Shown: positions 1 through 9,490 of the stretch, piece by piece | Layout of the letters: every line of letters starts with the position of its first letter | Numbering within the stretch: position 1 is the stretch's first letter | Source of the DNA: Candidatus Moraniibacteriota bacterium | GTDB taxonomy: Bacteria; Patescibacteriota; Minisyncoccia; Moranbacterales; UBA1568 | NCBI GenBank assembly: GCA_023261695.1 | Contig: JAHFON010000002.1 | Location: forward strand, 11,467 to 75,466 | Reading direction: 5' to 3' | Length of the DNA: 64,000 nt | Position numbers and translations under genes: made by a program | Notes under the pieces: generated by a model | What the model was told of the DNA's origin: nothing | The model's input: the letters and a program-made list of their open reading frames with translations, nothing else | The model's database searches: none

Positions 1-6
1 TATGCA

Positions 7-468
7 ATGAGAGAAAGATTAAGCATGAAGCACGGAGTGACTTATGAAAATATTGAAGCTGCTGAGATCGAGTATTCTGATTATTTCACTACTGAGTTAC
101 GAGATGAACTTTTTTTGGCTAGTCGTTTATTAGGATTTAAGGCTGATCAGGAAAATGTTAATAGATTGATTGATATTTTAAGTAGAAAGAATGGATTTAA
201 CTCATCTGAATTAAGAACAGAACTTGGACAATATCTAGGGGAAAAGACCAGCAAATTAGGTAGAAAGAAAATCGAGGCATTCATTGAAGAGTTGTGGTGG
301 TACGGCATTTTAGGATTTAAAGAAGACAAAAAACAATTGATAAATTTCCGCTATGTCGCTGGACGTACGCCATTCGTGGTTTCTAAGATTAAAAGTTATT
401 TTCTTTTTCTTCATAGAGGTCTTTGGTGGTTTTCTCAAAAAAGAAAGATAGATAGTGACAAAACATAA
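7..468 (+). CDS. hypothetical protein; no stop codon in-frame between the window edge and the first Met, so it may be N-terminally truncated
   Basis: ORF track. No recognisable motifs. The ORF in the same frame could extend upstream of position 7. Confidence 0.3.
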   Translation: MRERLSMKHGVTYENIEAAEIEYSDYFTTELRDELFLASRLLGFKADQENVNRLIDILSRKNGFNSSELRTELGQYLGEKTSKLGRKKIEAFIEELWWYGILGFKEDKKQLINFRYVAGRTPFVVSKIKSYFLFLHRGLWWFSQKRKIDSDKT

Positions 469-472
469 ATTT

Positions 473-670
473 ATGCCATTACACAAAGATTTTCCAAAAG
501 ACCCATACGTGATACTTGACCCTATATTGAGGTGGTTTCCTGCTGCGCGAAAAAGGAGTAATACAGAAACTTCTCCCAAAGTTGCTACAAAAGGCAAGCA
601 CAAAATCGCCATAAAGGTCGTGGATATTTTCGGGAACGATACGACGAGAGTAATTGAAGTAAAAATATAA
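473..670 (+). pseudogene. remnant/duplicate of the 5' end of the Type III res gene (first ~25 codons) fused to unrelated C-terminal sequence
   Basis: Codons MPLHKDFPKDPYVILDPILRWFPA are almost identical to the N-terminus of the 897-aa Res at 2286 (MALHKDFPKDPYEILDPNIRWFPA). The nucleotide stretch around 470-545 matches 2283-2360. The ORF is only about 66 aa. Confidence 0.45.
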
Positions 671-672
671 CT

Positions 673-2112
673 ATGGAACAAGAAGATTTTGAAAAATTGA
701 TCAAGGATTTAACTGCTCTTCCTGCCGAGACAGAAACTGTTGAATTTAAGGAAAATCATTTTACCGAAGGAGAGATAGGGAAAAGGATGTCGGCACTTTC
801 TAATTCAGCAAACCTACACGATCAAAAATACGGATATCTGGTCTTTGGTATTCAAGATTCAACTCATAATATCATTGGCACCCACTTTTCTATCGATAAT
901 GAAAAGATAGGAAATGAGGCATTGGAATTCTGGTTGTCTAAGAATCTAACTCCCAAAATTGATTTTAGGGTATGTAGTAAAAGGTTTGAGGGTAAGCAGA
1001 TTGTGCTTATTATTGTTCCGCCAGCAATAAATCAACCTACTAAATTTCAGGATGTTGCTTATATAAGGGTCGGTTCAACCACTCCAAAGCTCTTGGATTA
1101 TCCTGAAAAAGAAAGAAAAATTTGGACAAACATTAATCGTAAAAGCTTCGAAAAAGGAATAGCCAAAGAAAATCTTACAGTTTCTCAAGTACTCGAATTA
1201 TTGGACTATGGAAAATACTTCTCTCTTACGAAACAGGAACTACCAACAGAAACCCAACAATTTGTGGAGAAAATGGTTCAGCATGGTTTAGTAAAAAAGA
1301 TATTTGATAATAATTATGACGTCACAAATCTAGGAGCTATCTTATTCGCAAAAGAGCTTAAGAATTTTCCTACGGTCAAAAGGAAATCCGTAAGAGTGAT
1401 TATTTACAAAGGGAATAATAGGGCCGAACGACTGAAGGAACAGGAGGGCTCTTTCGGATATGCTATCTCTTTTGAAAATCTACTCGATTATATAAATGAT
1501 AAGCTGCCACAGAACGAAGAGATTTCTAAATCTTTAAGAAAAGAAGTAAAAATGTATCCTGAAGTCGCGATTCGTGAGTTTGTTGCAAACGCGCTCATTC
1601 ACCAAGATTTGTCTATATCTGGCGCTGGTCCCATGATTGAAATATTTAAAGATCGCATTGAAATTACAAATACTGGGGAACCATTGATTGACACGGAAAG
1701 ATTTATTGATCATCCTCCAAGATCTCGCAATGAAGACATGGCCTCTTTTATGAGGCAAATTGGTGTATGCGAGGAGAGTGGAACTGGTATTGATAGAGCG
1801 CTAATAAATATGGCTTTGTATCAATTACCCGCTCCAAATTTTGAGAAGTTTGATAATTTTACGAAAATAACCCTGTATGCACACAAAGAATTAAAAGATA
1901 TGACTGCAGACGACAAAGTTCGGGCGTGTTTCCAACATTGTGTTTTGAAATATGTTGAAAATTCTAGGATGACTAACTCGACGTTAAGAGAGCGACTTGG
2001 CATAGGTGAGAAAAATTATCCAGCTGCTTCAGTGATTATCAGGGATACTATATTGAGGAGATTGATTAAGGAATCGGAGAAACCTAAGGAATATGTTCCA
2101 ATTTGGGCCTAA
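673..2112 (+). CDS. AlbA_2 (Schlafen-like, 'divergent AAA') domain protein with C-terminal HATPase_c_4 (RecG-C-terminal-like) domain; putative nucleic-acid-binding regulator/defence-associated
   Basis: The N-terminal region resembles AlbA_2. The C-terminal EFVANALIHQDLSISGAGPMIEIFKDRIEITNTGEP resembles the HATPase_c_4 family. About 480 aa is typical for this architecture. Confidence 0.6.
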   Translation: MEQEDFEKLIKDLTALPAETETVEFKENHFTEGEIGKRMSALSNSANLHDQKYGYLVFGIQDSTHNIIGTHFSIDNEKIGNEALEFWLSKNLTPKIDFRVCSKRFEGKQIVLIIVPPAINQPTKFQDVAYIRVGSTTPKLLDYPEKERKIWTNINRKSFEKGIAKENLTVSQVLELLDYGKYFSLTKQELPTETQQFVEKMVQHGLVKKIFDNNYDVTNLGAILFAKELKNFPTVKRKSVRVIIYKGNNRAERLKEQEGSFGYAISFENLLDYINDKLPQNEEISKSLRKEVKMYPEVAIREFVANALIHQDLSISGAGPMIEIFKDRIEITNTGEPLIDTERFIDHPPRSRNEDMASFMRQIGVCEESGTGIDRALINMALYQLPAPNFEKFDNFTKITLYAHKELKDMTADDKVRACFQHCVLKYVENSRMTNSTLRERLGIGEKNYPAASVIIRDTILRRLIKESEKPKEYVPIWA

Positions 2113-2285
2113 ATCATGTAGTAATTAAATGACGTATTTCTCTAAAACAGCAAAAAATCCTTTATTTAAGCGGTTAATTAATGTAGCGGGTATGTAGTAA
2201 AATTATGATACTTTATTTACTAATGACGAAAGTAAATAACCATGCCAGCCGCTCGCTATAAGCATTTTTAGACACTTTATTTACT

Positions 2286-4979
2286 ATGGCATTACACAAA
2301 GATTTTCCCAAGGACCCATACGAAATACTTGACCCGAACATTCGGTGGTTTCCTGCTGACGAAGATTTGCGGGAAAAAGGGGCTATACAAAAACTCCTCC
2401 CTCCTCTTGTGGCTGGTTTGCGGGAAAAAGTGAAAGAATGGCGAGACAAAAACTACGAGGGAGCAAGCGATACTTCTAAATCACTTCTAAATTGGTGGTT
2501 TAAAGAGGAACATATTTTGTATGACCAGCACGGAACATCTTCTCATTTCAGATATTATTTTGCGCAAAGAGAAGCTCTGGAAACAGTCGTTTGGCTCTAT
2601 GAAGTTGCAAAAGTAAAGGACAAATATGATCTCATTCGTTACAACACGACTGGCGTGCTAAGCCCGCAAATGTTTACCGAGGAATGGCTTCGCTTTGTAA
2701 TAAAGATGGCGACAGGCGCAGGCAAGACTAAGGTGATGAGCTTAATAATCGCATGGGCGTATTTTCATAAAAAATATGAGGAAGATTCTAATTTGGCAAA
2801 GAATTTTCTTTTGATAACTCCGAATGTCATTGTTTTTGAAAGAATCAAAAATGACTTTGAGGGGTTAAAAATCTTTTTTAGCGATCCTGTTTTGCCGGAC
2901 AATGGGTATCGCGGACAAAACTGGCAGGATGATTTTCAAATGACTTTGCATTTGCAGGATGATTTGCGCAATGTCTCCGACACAGGAAATATATTTTTGA
3001 CCAATATCCACAGAGTTTTTGAGGGTGATGTACGAGACGCGAGCGCGGAAGATGAGGACACTTCGCGATATTTCTTGGGCGATAAGCCAGTTACGAAAAC
3101 AAGCGATTCTACTGTTGATCTCGGTATGATTGTGAGAGACATTGATGAATTGATTGTTATCAACGATGAAGCTCATCACTTGCACGATGACAAATCGGCT
3201 TGGGTTAAATCTATCACAGACATAGACAATAGATTGAAACAGAAAGGAACTGGACTATCTTTGCAAATTGATCTAACCGCTACTCCAAAAAAGAATGACG
3301 GCTCTATTTTTGTGCAGACAATTTCTGATTATCCGCTTGTTGAAGCAATACATCAGAGAGTTGTAAAAAATCCAGTTGTGCCAGACGCGGCGAGCCGGGG
3401 GAAACTGAAAGAAAATCAGAGCACTCTATTTAGCGAAAAATACAGGGATTATATAAATCTTGGCATTGAGGAATGGCAGAAAACATACGATGTACTGAAG
3501 CCGATGGGTAAAAAATCCATTCTTTTCATAATGACGGACGATACAAAAAACTGCGATGAAGTAGCGGAATATATTGAAACAAGTTTTAAAAATCTGAAAG
3601 GCGCGGTTTTGACCATTCACACGAATAAAAGCGGAGAAATTTCTGAAAACGTGTCTGGTAAAAGCAAAGAAGAATTGGATTTGCTTAGAAAACAAGCAAA
3701 CGAAATTGATAGTTGGGAAAGCCCGTTTAAGGTGATCATTTCTGTGATGATGCTCAAGGAGGGTTGGGATGTAAAAAATGTAACAACGATTGTGGGATTG
3801 CGTCCTTATGCCGCCGATTCAAAAATTCTTCCCGAACAAACTCTTGGACGAGGGCTCCGCAGAATGTTTTTTGGTAGAGATGATGTTGAAGAATATGTGA
3901 GTGTCGTTGGAACTTCCGCTTTTATGGACTTTGTTGAGTCAATCAAGGGAGAGGGCGTTATTCTTGAGAAAAAAGCGATGGGAACAGGGGCTAAACCGAT
4001 TGCTCCGATGGTTATTGAAGTTGATAAGGATAATCCGAAAAAGGACATTGAGAAACTTGATATTGAGATTCCGGTGATGTCCCCAAGGATTCAAAGAGAA
4101 TATAAAAATCTTGCAGAATTGGATGTTTCTAAATTTGGAAATAAAAAAGTTAAGGTAAAAACTTTCTCCGAGGAGGAAAAGAGAGAAATTGTTTTTAAGG
4201 ATGTCGTTGATGAAAAAACTCACCACACAACAATACTTTCGGGCGATATTGAGCCCGATTATCAAAGTGTTGTCGGCTTTTTTGCGCAAGCAATAATGCG
4301 GGAACTGCGACTGTTCGGTTGCTATGACATTTTGTTCGGCAAAGTAAGAGAATTTGTGCAGAGTAATATGTTTGATAGCAGAGTGGACTTGTCAGACCTC
4401 AATATTTTAAGAAACTTGTCGGAAGTTGAGTATATTCGGCTTATAAAAGATTCTTTCAAGAAAGCCATTAATGATCTTACGGTCGAAGATAAAGGAGATA
4501 CAGAGATAAAAAATTATATAAAAATAAGCGAAGCGCGTCCTTTTGTCGTCAATGATAAGTCGTACTTGATACCTAAAAAATCTGTTTTCAATAAGATTGT
4601 AGGAGATAGTGATTTTGAGTTGGTATTTTCTGACTTTCTTGAGAATTGTGAGGATGTAATTTCTTTTGCAAAAAACTTTCAAAATAAGGAAGCGGGTGCG
4701 CTTAGAATTGAATATAAAAATTCAGAGGGATTTATAGCTACCTATCACCCAGACTTTTTTGTTAAGAAAGATGAAAAAACCGTTTACATTATCGAGACAA
4801 AGGGGCGCGAAGAAGATGACGATAAATTAAAATTTGAAAGACTGCAAAAGTGGTGTGAGGACGTGAACGATCGACAAAGCAGAGTCATCTACAAAGCCCT
4901 ATATATAAAACAGGAAGAATGGGAGAAGGACAAGCTCAAAAACTTTGATGAAGTTATCAGAGTATTTAGCAAAAAATAA
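2286..4979 (+). CDS. res: Type III restriction endonuclease Res subunit (SF2 DEAH helicase + C-terminal PD-(D/E)xK nuclease)
   Basis: Walker A-like AGKT and the DEAH box VINDEAHHL are present. A C-terminal PD...E.K motif (HPDFFV...YIIETKG) is present. The N-terminal LDPNIRWFP-type leader is typical of ResIII proteins. Length 897 aa. Confidence 0.7.
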   Translation: MALHKDFPKDPYEILDPNIRWFPADEDLREKGAIQKLLPPLVAGLREKVKEWRDKNYEGASDTSKSLLNWWFKEEHILYDQHGTSSHFRYYFAQREALETVVWLYEVAKVKDKYDLIRYNTTGVLSPQMFTEEWLRFVIKMATGAGKTKVMSLIIAWAYFHKKYEEDSNLAKNFLLITPNVIVFERIKNDFEGLKIFFSDPVLPDNGYRGQNWQDDFQMTLHLQDDLRNVSDTGNIFLTNIHRVFEGDVRDASAEDEDTSRYFLGDKPVTKTSDSTVDLGMIVRDIDELIVINDEAHHLHDDKSAWVKSITDIDNRLKQKGTGLSLQIDLTATPKKNDGSIFVQTISDYPLVEAIHQRVVKNPVVPDAASRGKLKENQSTLFSEKYRDYINLGIEEWQKTYDVLKPMGKKSILFIMTDDTKNCDEVAEYIETSFKNLKGAVLTIHTNKSGEISENVSGKSKEELDLLRKQANEIDSWESPFKVIISVMMLKEGWDVKNVTTIVGLRPYAADSKILPEQTLGRGLRRMFFGRDDVEEYVSVVGTSAFMDFVESIKGEGVILEKKAMGTGAKPIAPMVIEVDKDNPKKDIEKLDIEIPVMSPRIQREYKNLAELDVSKFGNKKVKVKTFSEEEKREIVFKDVVDEKTHHTTILSGDIEPDYQSVVGFFAQAIMRELRLFGCYDILFGKVREFVQSNMFDSRVDLSDLNILRNLSEVEYIRLIKDSFKKAINDLTVEDKGDTEIKNYIKISEARPFVVNDKSYLIPKKSVFNKIVGDSDFELVFSDFLENCEDVISFAKNFQNKEAGALRIEYKNSEGFIATYHPDFFVKKDEKTVYIIETKGREEDDDKLKFERLQKWCEDVNDRQSRVIYKALYIKQEEWEKDKLKNFDEVIRVFSKK

Positions 4980-5267
4980 CTCATGCAAATGAAGTCAAAA
5001 TAACCCCACAGCAAACACGCCGTGTTGCAACGGGGCAGACAAACTCTTGAATGGAGAAAAGAAACTGCCATACAACACATTTTCAAAAAGTGCTAAAATA
5101 TAGACAGTAGCATTTCTATATTATTAGTTATATTAATTTATTTACATGAAATTCATATTCGTATCGCGGCCGTTTTCAAAAGAAAGTAAAAGGGAAGCGA
5201 TCAGGGAGCTTCTGGAAAATACCGTTCCCGATCGTGGCAAATAAAAAAAAGCATTTAACTAAAAGCT

Positions 5268-5579
5268 ATGCAACAAAATATTATCACTTTGAAAGACGCC
5301 GTGGAATATCAAAAAGGCGCGGTGGTCAGCAAAGAAATCCTAAAAACGTCCAATGGCACGGTCACTATTTTTGCTTTTGATGAGGGGCAGGGATTAAGCG
5401 AACACACGGCGCCGTTTAGCGTGCTGGTTCAGATTTTGGACGGCCAAGCGCAAATCAATATTGAAAAAACGCCGCATATTGTGGCAGATGGTCAGATGAT
5501 TGAATTGCCTGCCAATAAAACGCATTCCCTTCAGGCGTTGGAGAGGTTTAAGATGCTTTTGATAATGTTAAAGAAGTAA
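5268..5579 (+). CDS. cupin domain protein
   Basis: A 103-aa small beta-barrel-like sequence with His residues in the cupin_2 pattern (GLSEHTAP...HSLQA). Confidence 0.5.
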   Translation: MQQNIITLKDAVEYQKGAVVSKEILKTSNGTVTIFAFDEGQGLSEHTAPFSVLVQILDGQAQINIEKTPHIVADGQMIELPANKTHSLQALERFKMLLIMLKK

Positions 5580-5594
5580 AGCGGTAAAAAATAT

Positions 5595-6776
5595 ATGATT
5601 TCAGAAGTTATTATTTCTGTCATCGCGGTGGTTTTGGCGTTAGGCGTAACAATTTTTTTGTTAAAAGGCGTTGTTTCGCGGTATTTGCAAGTATTTTTGC
5701 AAAAGATGCTGGAGGAAAACTTCAGTATTGCCGAACAAAGGAACAAAGAGCTTTTTCGGGAGGAGCGGGAGAGACTGTCCGAGCAATACCGCTCGGAAAA
5801 AGAGTTGCTTCAGGAAAAATTGAAAGCAGGCGAACAATATATTGAACACAAAAAAGACAGCATCAAAGAACTGGTGGAAAAAATTCATAATGAACTGTCG
5901 GAAAGCCAAAAGAAACTGGAGCATACGGAGAAAGAGAGAATCGGGGAATTCAGCACGCTGAAAGCGGTTTTGAACGAATACAAAATTATCACCGGCGGTT
6001 TGAAAGAATCCACCGACCACCTCAAAAACATCTTGTCCAATAATCAATTGCGCGGAAAGTATGGCGAAGAAGTGGCGGAAAATTTGCTCAAATCAGTAGG
6101 TTTTGTGAAAGGGCAAAATTATGTGGCGAACGAAAGCCAAGATTCTGTCGCTTCCCGTCCGGACTTCACCATTTTTCTGCCGGACGGCACCAAGGTGAAC
6201 GTGGACGCGAAATTTCCTTTGCAGGCCTTGATCAAATATCAGGAGAGCGAAGACAAACAGGAAAAGGAGAGATATTTGCGGGAGTTTACTGCCGATGTCA
6301 AACAAAAAATCAAACAAGTGACTACGCGGGACTACATAAATCCGGAAGAGAAGACCGTGGACTTTGTGATCTTGTTCGTGCCGAACGAAATGATTTTCAG
6401 TTTTATTTATGATCGCTTGAACGAAGTGTGGGATGAAGCGATGAAAAAGAAAGTGATTATGGCGGGGCCGTTTAGTTTTACGGCGATGCTCCGAATGATA
6501 TTTCAGTCGTATAAAAACTTTAAGTATCAGGAAAATCTGTATGATATTATCAAGTTGATTAAAATTTTTGAGCAGGAGTACGAAAAGTTTAACGCGGCGC
6601 TGGATATTCTCGGGACGAGAATGCAGTCGGCGGCCAACCAGTATCAGGTGGTTTCCGTTACCAGAACCAAAAAGTTGTCAGGCGTAGTGGAAAAAATCAA
6701 AGGGGAAAATGTTTTGTTTGAAAATCCGGAGGCCGGTCCCGCGATTGAAGCTCCGGAATTAGCTGAAGAAAAGTAA
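5595..6776 (+). CDS. rmuC: DNA recombination protein RmuC
   Basis: N-terminal TM segment, long coiled-coil, then the conserved RmuC core (GKYGEEVAENLL...RPDFTIFLPDGTKVNVDAKFPLQA). Confidence 0.8.
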   Translation: MISEVIISVIAVVLALGVTIFLLKGVVSRYLQVFLQKMLEENFSIAEQRNKELFREERERLSEQYRSEKELLQEKLKAGEQYIEHKKDSIKELVEKIHNELSESQKKLEHTEKERIGEFSTLKAVLNEYKIITGGLKESTDHLKNILSNNQLRGKYGEEVAENLLKSVGFVKGQNYVANESQDSVASRPDFTIFLPDGTKVNVDAKFPLQALIKYQESEDKQEKERYLREFTADVKQKIKQVTTRDYINPEEKTVDFVILFVPNEMIFSFIYDRLNEVWDEAMKKKVIMAGPFSFTAMLRMIFQSYKNFKYQENLYDIIKLIKIFEQEYEKFNAALDILGTRMQSAANQYQVVSVTRTKKLSGVVEKIKGENVLFENPEAGPAIEAPELAEEK

Positions 6777-6788
6777 GCGCGCAAAATT

Positions 6789-7019
6789 ATGAAAAAAGAA
6801 GGACAAACATCGGAGCAATTGAGTCTCGGTATCAATGGGGCTAATGGGCAAACTGAAATAGACTCGTCTTTGGCGGAAGGCGAAGCACTAATGAGTTCTG
6901 ATGAAAAGGAATCCGGTGTTCCCAGAATAATTACAAAGAAGAAACTAGAAGAGGAGCGTGAGAGGGCGCGCGCTGTTAGAGACGATTCTCTTAGGCGGGT
7001 TAAAGAAATACTTAAGTGA
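6789..7019 (+). CDS. hypothetical small acidic protein
   Basis: ORF followed immediately by a bidirectional terminator. The RBS is weak. Confidence 0.25.
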   Translation: MKKEGQTSEQLSLGINGANGQTEIDSSLAEGEALMSSDEKESGVPRIITKKKLEEERERARAVRDDSLRRVKEILK

Positions 7020-7026
7020 AAAAGCG

Positions 7027-7064
7027 AAAGCCCCTCTTGAACCGATGTTCGCGAGGGGCTTTGA
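7027..7064. terminator. bidirectional rho-independent terminator hairpin (agcccctc...gaggggct)
   Basis: An 8-bp GC-rich inverted repeat between convergent ORFs, flanked by T/A runs. Confidence 0.5.
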
Positions 7065-7073
7065 ATGTGTAAC

Positions 7074-7328
7074 TTAATATTGCAAGAGTTGGCGGAACTC
7101 AGCTTCTAGTTCCGCCCACTCCTCACTTGTGAGGAGTGTGGCCTCATCGATGTCGGGCGGCGTACTTTCAGACTTCACGCTCCTAAAGCTTAACTGGTGA
7201 AGTTTTTTCCAAAAAGTTCTGTGAGCAGGGGATCTTTCCGTGAATTGCCAGTGGTCCATTTCTGGCAATCCGGTCTCCTTGAATATCAAATTTCTAAAGT
7301 CTCGTACCGTCCCTATCAATTTTCTCAC
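7074..7328 (-). CDS. hypothetical protein
   Basis: ORF track only. Confidence 0.3.
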   Translation of the reverse strand: MRKLIGTVRDFRNLIFKETGLPEMDHWQFTERSPAHRTFWKKLHQLSFRSVKSESTPPDIDEATLLTSEEWAELEAEFRQLLQY

Positions 7329-7458
7329 CTCCTTTCCCTTGTCTATTTTGACAAGAAGACCTGATAGTTTAAATTTAAATGTACAAAACCCATCACATAT
7401 TTATGTGATGTTTCAGTATAGCGTGTTGCCATAAAAAATCAAGTGCTGATGAGAAAAG

Positions 7459-7541
7459 TGCTGCGGGAGAGACTCGAACTCTCACGCCCTTACGGACACT
7501 TGGTCCTAAACCAAGCGCGTATACCATTCCGCCACCGCAGC
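7459..7541 (-). tRNA. tRNA-Leu (anticodon TAG), long variable arm
   Basis: Hand-folded. Acceptor GCTGCGG/CCGCAGC, anticodon stem CTTGG/CCAAG with loop TTTAGGA, long variable arm, T-arm GAGAGTTCGAGTCTCTC. No encoded CCA. Confidence 0.8.
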
Positions 7542-7544
7542 AGT

Positions 7545-7856
7545 CTAAATTATCTTTGCTTTTTCTCCAAAAATACCGATAAGCCGTGAAACTTCTTCTT
7601 TTAACGGGCCTCCGTTTTCGTATTCTCCGTGGTGTCGCGTCGTTTCGCCGTAAGTGTGTTTTTTTTGATCCAGATGCAAATTGAGAGTGAGCGTAAGTTT
7701 ATCCAGTTTGGCGTAGCAGTGGAAGCGGGGATAGCCGGCGCTCGCCAGCGCGCGGATAAAACTCATCTCCGCATTTTCTTCGCGCTGAAAAACATATCCC
7801 GCTTTACGAAGCAGGGATACGGGATTTTCAGTGATGGGGTTGATAATAATTTTCAT
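7545..7856 (-). CDS. hypothetical protein (103 aa) sandwiched between two tRNA genes
   Basis: ORF track. No motif recognised. Confidence 0.35.
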   Translation of the reverse strand: MKIIINPITENPVSLLRKAGYVFQREENAEMSFIRALASAGYPRFHCYAKLDKLTLTLNLHLDQKKHTYGETTRHHGEYENGGPLKEEVSRLIGIFGEKAKII

Positions 7857-7857
7857 G

Positions 7858-7928
7858 TCGGAGTGCCGGGAATTGAACCCGGATTACACGAACCCGAATC
7901 GTGCGTAATGCCGTTATACCACACTCCG
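7858..7928 (-). tRNA. tRNA-Pro (anticodon CGG)
   Basis: Hand-folded. Acceptor CGGAGTG/CACTCCG, anticodon stem CACGA/TCGTG with loop TTCGGGT (G37), T-arm CCGGGTTCAATTCCCGG. Confidence 0.7.
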
Positions 7929-7966
7929 AAAATAACTCTAAATTCTTACCACTTTGAATTTCACAT

Positions 7967-9490
7967 TTACTCCACCCAATGTCTTTTTTTAATTTTATCA
8001 TTTTCCGCCACTTTTTTTTCTTGGATTTTTTCTCTGGCTAGCTCGCGCAAAGTTTGCAAGTCGCTTTCCTGAAGAATTTGAGCGCGTTTTAATAATATCT
8101 CTTTCGTGTTTAATTCAGGATTCTCAATAACTTCCGCGAGCAATACTTCCACGATCGCGCCGATCTTGGGTCCGGCCGGAATGCGAAGCTCATTCATCAG
8201 ATCGTGCCCATTGACGGCGAGCATTTTGGCGGAAATCGGATCGTGAGAAACCTTCTCAATCATATATTCCAAATGACGCAGTTTGTAGGGTTTGGCTTTG
8301 GGCACGCCGGAACCCAGTCTATCACCAATGCGCACCGCCATCAAATCCTGCATATTTTCCAGTCCGACGCGTTTGATGAGACGGCGCACGGAAGCCTCGG
8401 TCACTTCGCCGACATTGTAATAAAAAAGATGGTTGTCCACGAGAAGCGCGGATTTTCTGATGATTTCTTTGGGAAAGCGCAAACGCGTGAGCATCTGCTC
8501 CGTAAGGCGCGCGCCGATATGATCGTGGCTGTAAAAAGTGGAATAATATCCTTCGCCGCGTTTGGCGCGGGGCTTGCCGACATCGTGAAGCAAAGCGGCC
8601 AATCTTGTTTCCAGTTTGGGCGACGGGCAAGTGGCGAGCGCGCGCAAATTATGTTCCCAGACCGTATAGATATGATGCAAATTTTGGGTTACGCCGATAC
8701 CTTCTCTCAATTCTGGAAGTACAAAGCGAAGCAAGCCGGTTTTCTCCAGCATAGCAATGCCTTCGCTCGGGCTGTCGGAGAGAATAATTTTAGAAAGTTC
8801 GTCGCGGATGCGTTCGGGAGAGACTGCCTTTAGATGTTCGGAAAGTTTGCTTATGGCCACTTCGGTGTTTTCTTCGATGCGCCACTGGTGCGCCAGTTTG
8901 GTTTTTTTTGTCTCGCTTGTAACTGTAGGCGGGGTGCGATCGCGCAACTTAGCGAAGAGGCGCACGGCGCGCATCAGACGCAGAGCGTCCTCGTTGAAAC
9001 GTTCCTCCGGCTCACCCACCGTGCGAATAATTTTTTTTTGCAAATCCTTCGCTCCGTCGTAAGGATCAATCACTTCCCATTTCTCGTCTGCGGTTGGACC
9101 ATACGCTATGGCGTTGATGGTAAAATCGCGGCGCGCCAGATCCTCCTTTAGAGAAAGCGTGAAATTGACTTCGCTGGGACGGCGTTTGTCTTTATATTGC
9201 CCTTCCGTGCGGTAAGTGGTAACTTCCACGATGTCATATTCATAGTCAGGCATCGTTTCCAGAAAGCGCGGCACTTTGACGCCGACGGTGCCGAACGTAT
9301 TTTCATAGAAACTTTCCGGAAAAATTTTCAGAACCTGATCCGGCGTGGCGTTGGTGGTGATGTCCCAATCTTTGGGCGCGTGTTCCAAAAGGAGATCGCG
9401 TACGCACCCGCCCACCACAAACGCCTCAAAACCGGCCTTTCGCAAGGCCTGAATAACATTCAAAATTGGTTCTGGAATTTTTCTTATCAT
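7967..9490 (-). CDS. cca: CCA-adding tRNA nucleotidyltransferase with HD domain
   Basis: GGCVRD head motif of the poly(A) polymerase/CCA family. HD motif (LHDVGK). 507 aa. Confidence 0.85.
   Translation of the reverse strand: MIRKIPEPILNVIQALRKAGFEAFVVGGCVRDLLLEHAPKDWDITTNATPDQVLKIFPESFYENTFGTVGVKVPRFLETMPDYEYDIVEVTTYRTEGQYKDKRRPSEVNFTLSLKEDLARRDFTINAIAYGPTADEKWEVIDPYDGAKDLQKKIIRTVGEPEERFNEDALRLMRAVRLFAKLRDRTPPTVTSETKKTKLAHQWRIEENTEVAISKLSEHLKAVSPERIRDELSKIILSDSPSEGIAMLEKTGLLRFVLPELREGIGVTQNLHHIYTVWEHNLRALATCPSPKLETRLAALLHDVGKPRAKRGEGYYSTFYSHDHIGARLTEQMLTRLRFPKEIIRKSALLVDNHLFYYNVGEVTEASVRRLIKRVGLENMQDLMAVRIGDRLGSGVPKAKPYKLRHLEYMIEKVSHDPISAKMLAVNGHDLMNELRIPAGPKIGAIVEVLLAEVIENPELNTKEILLKRAQILQESDLQTLRELAREKIQEKKVAENDKIKKRHWVE

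Noticed and set aside
455-472. First ATG (455) of the 71-aa ORF as the start
   Set aside because: The second Met (473) aligns exactly with the Met of the intact res gene, and the duplicated nucleotide block begins there.
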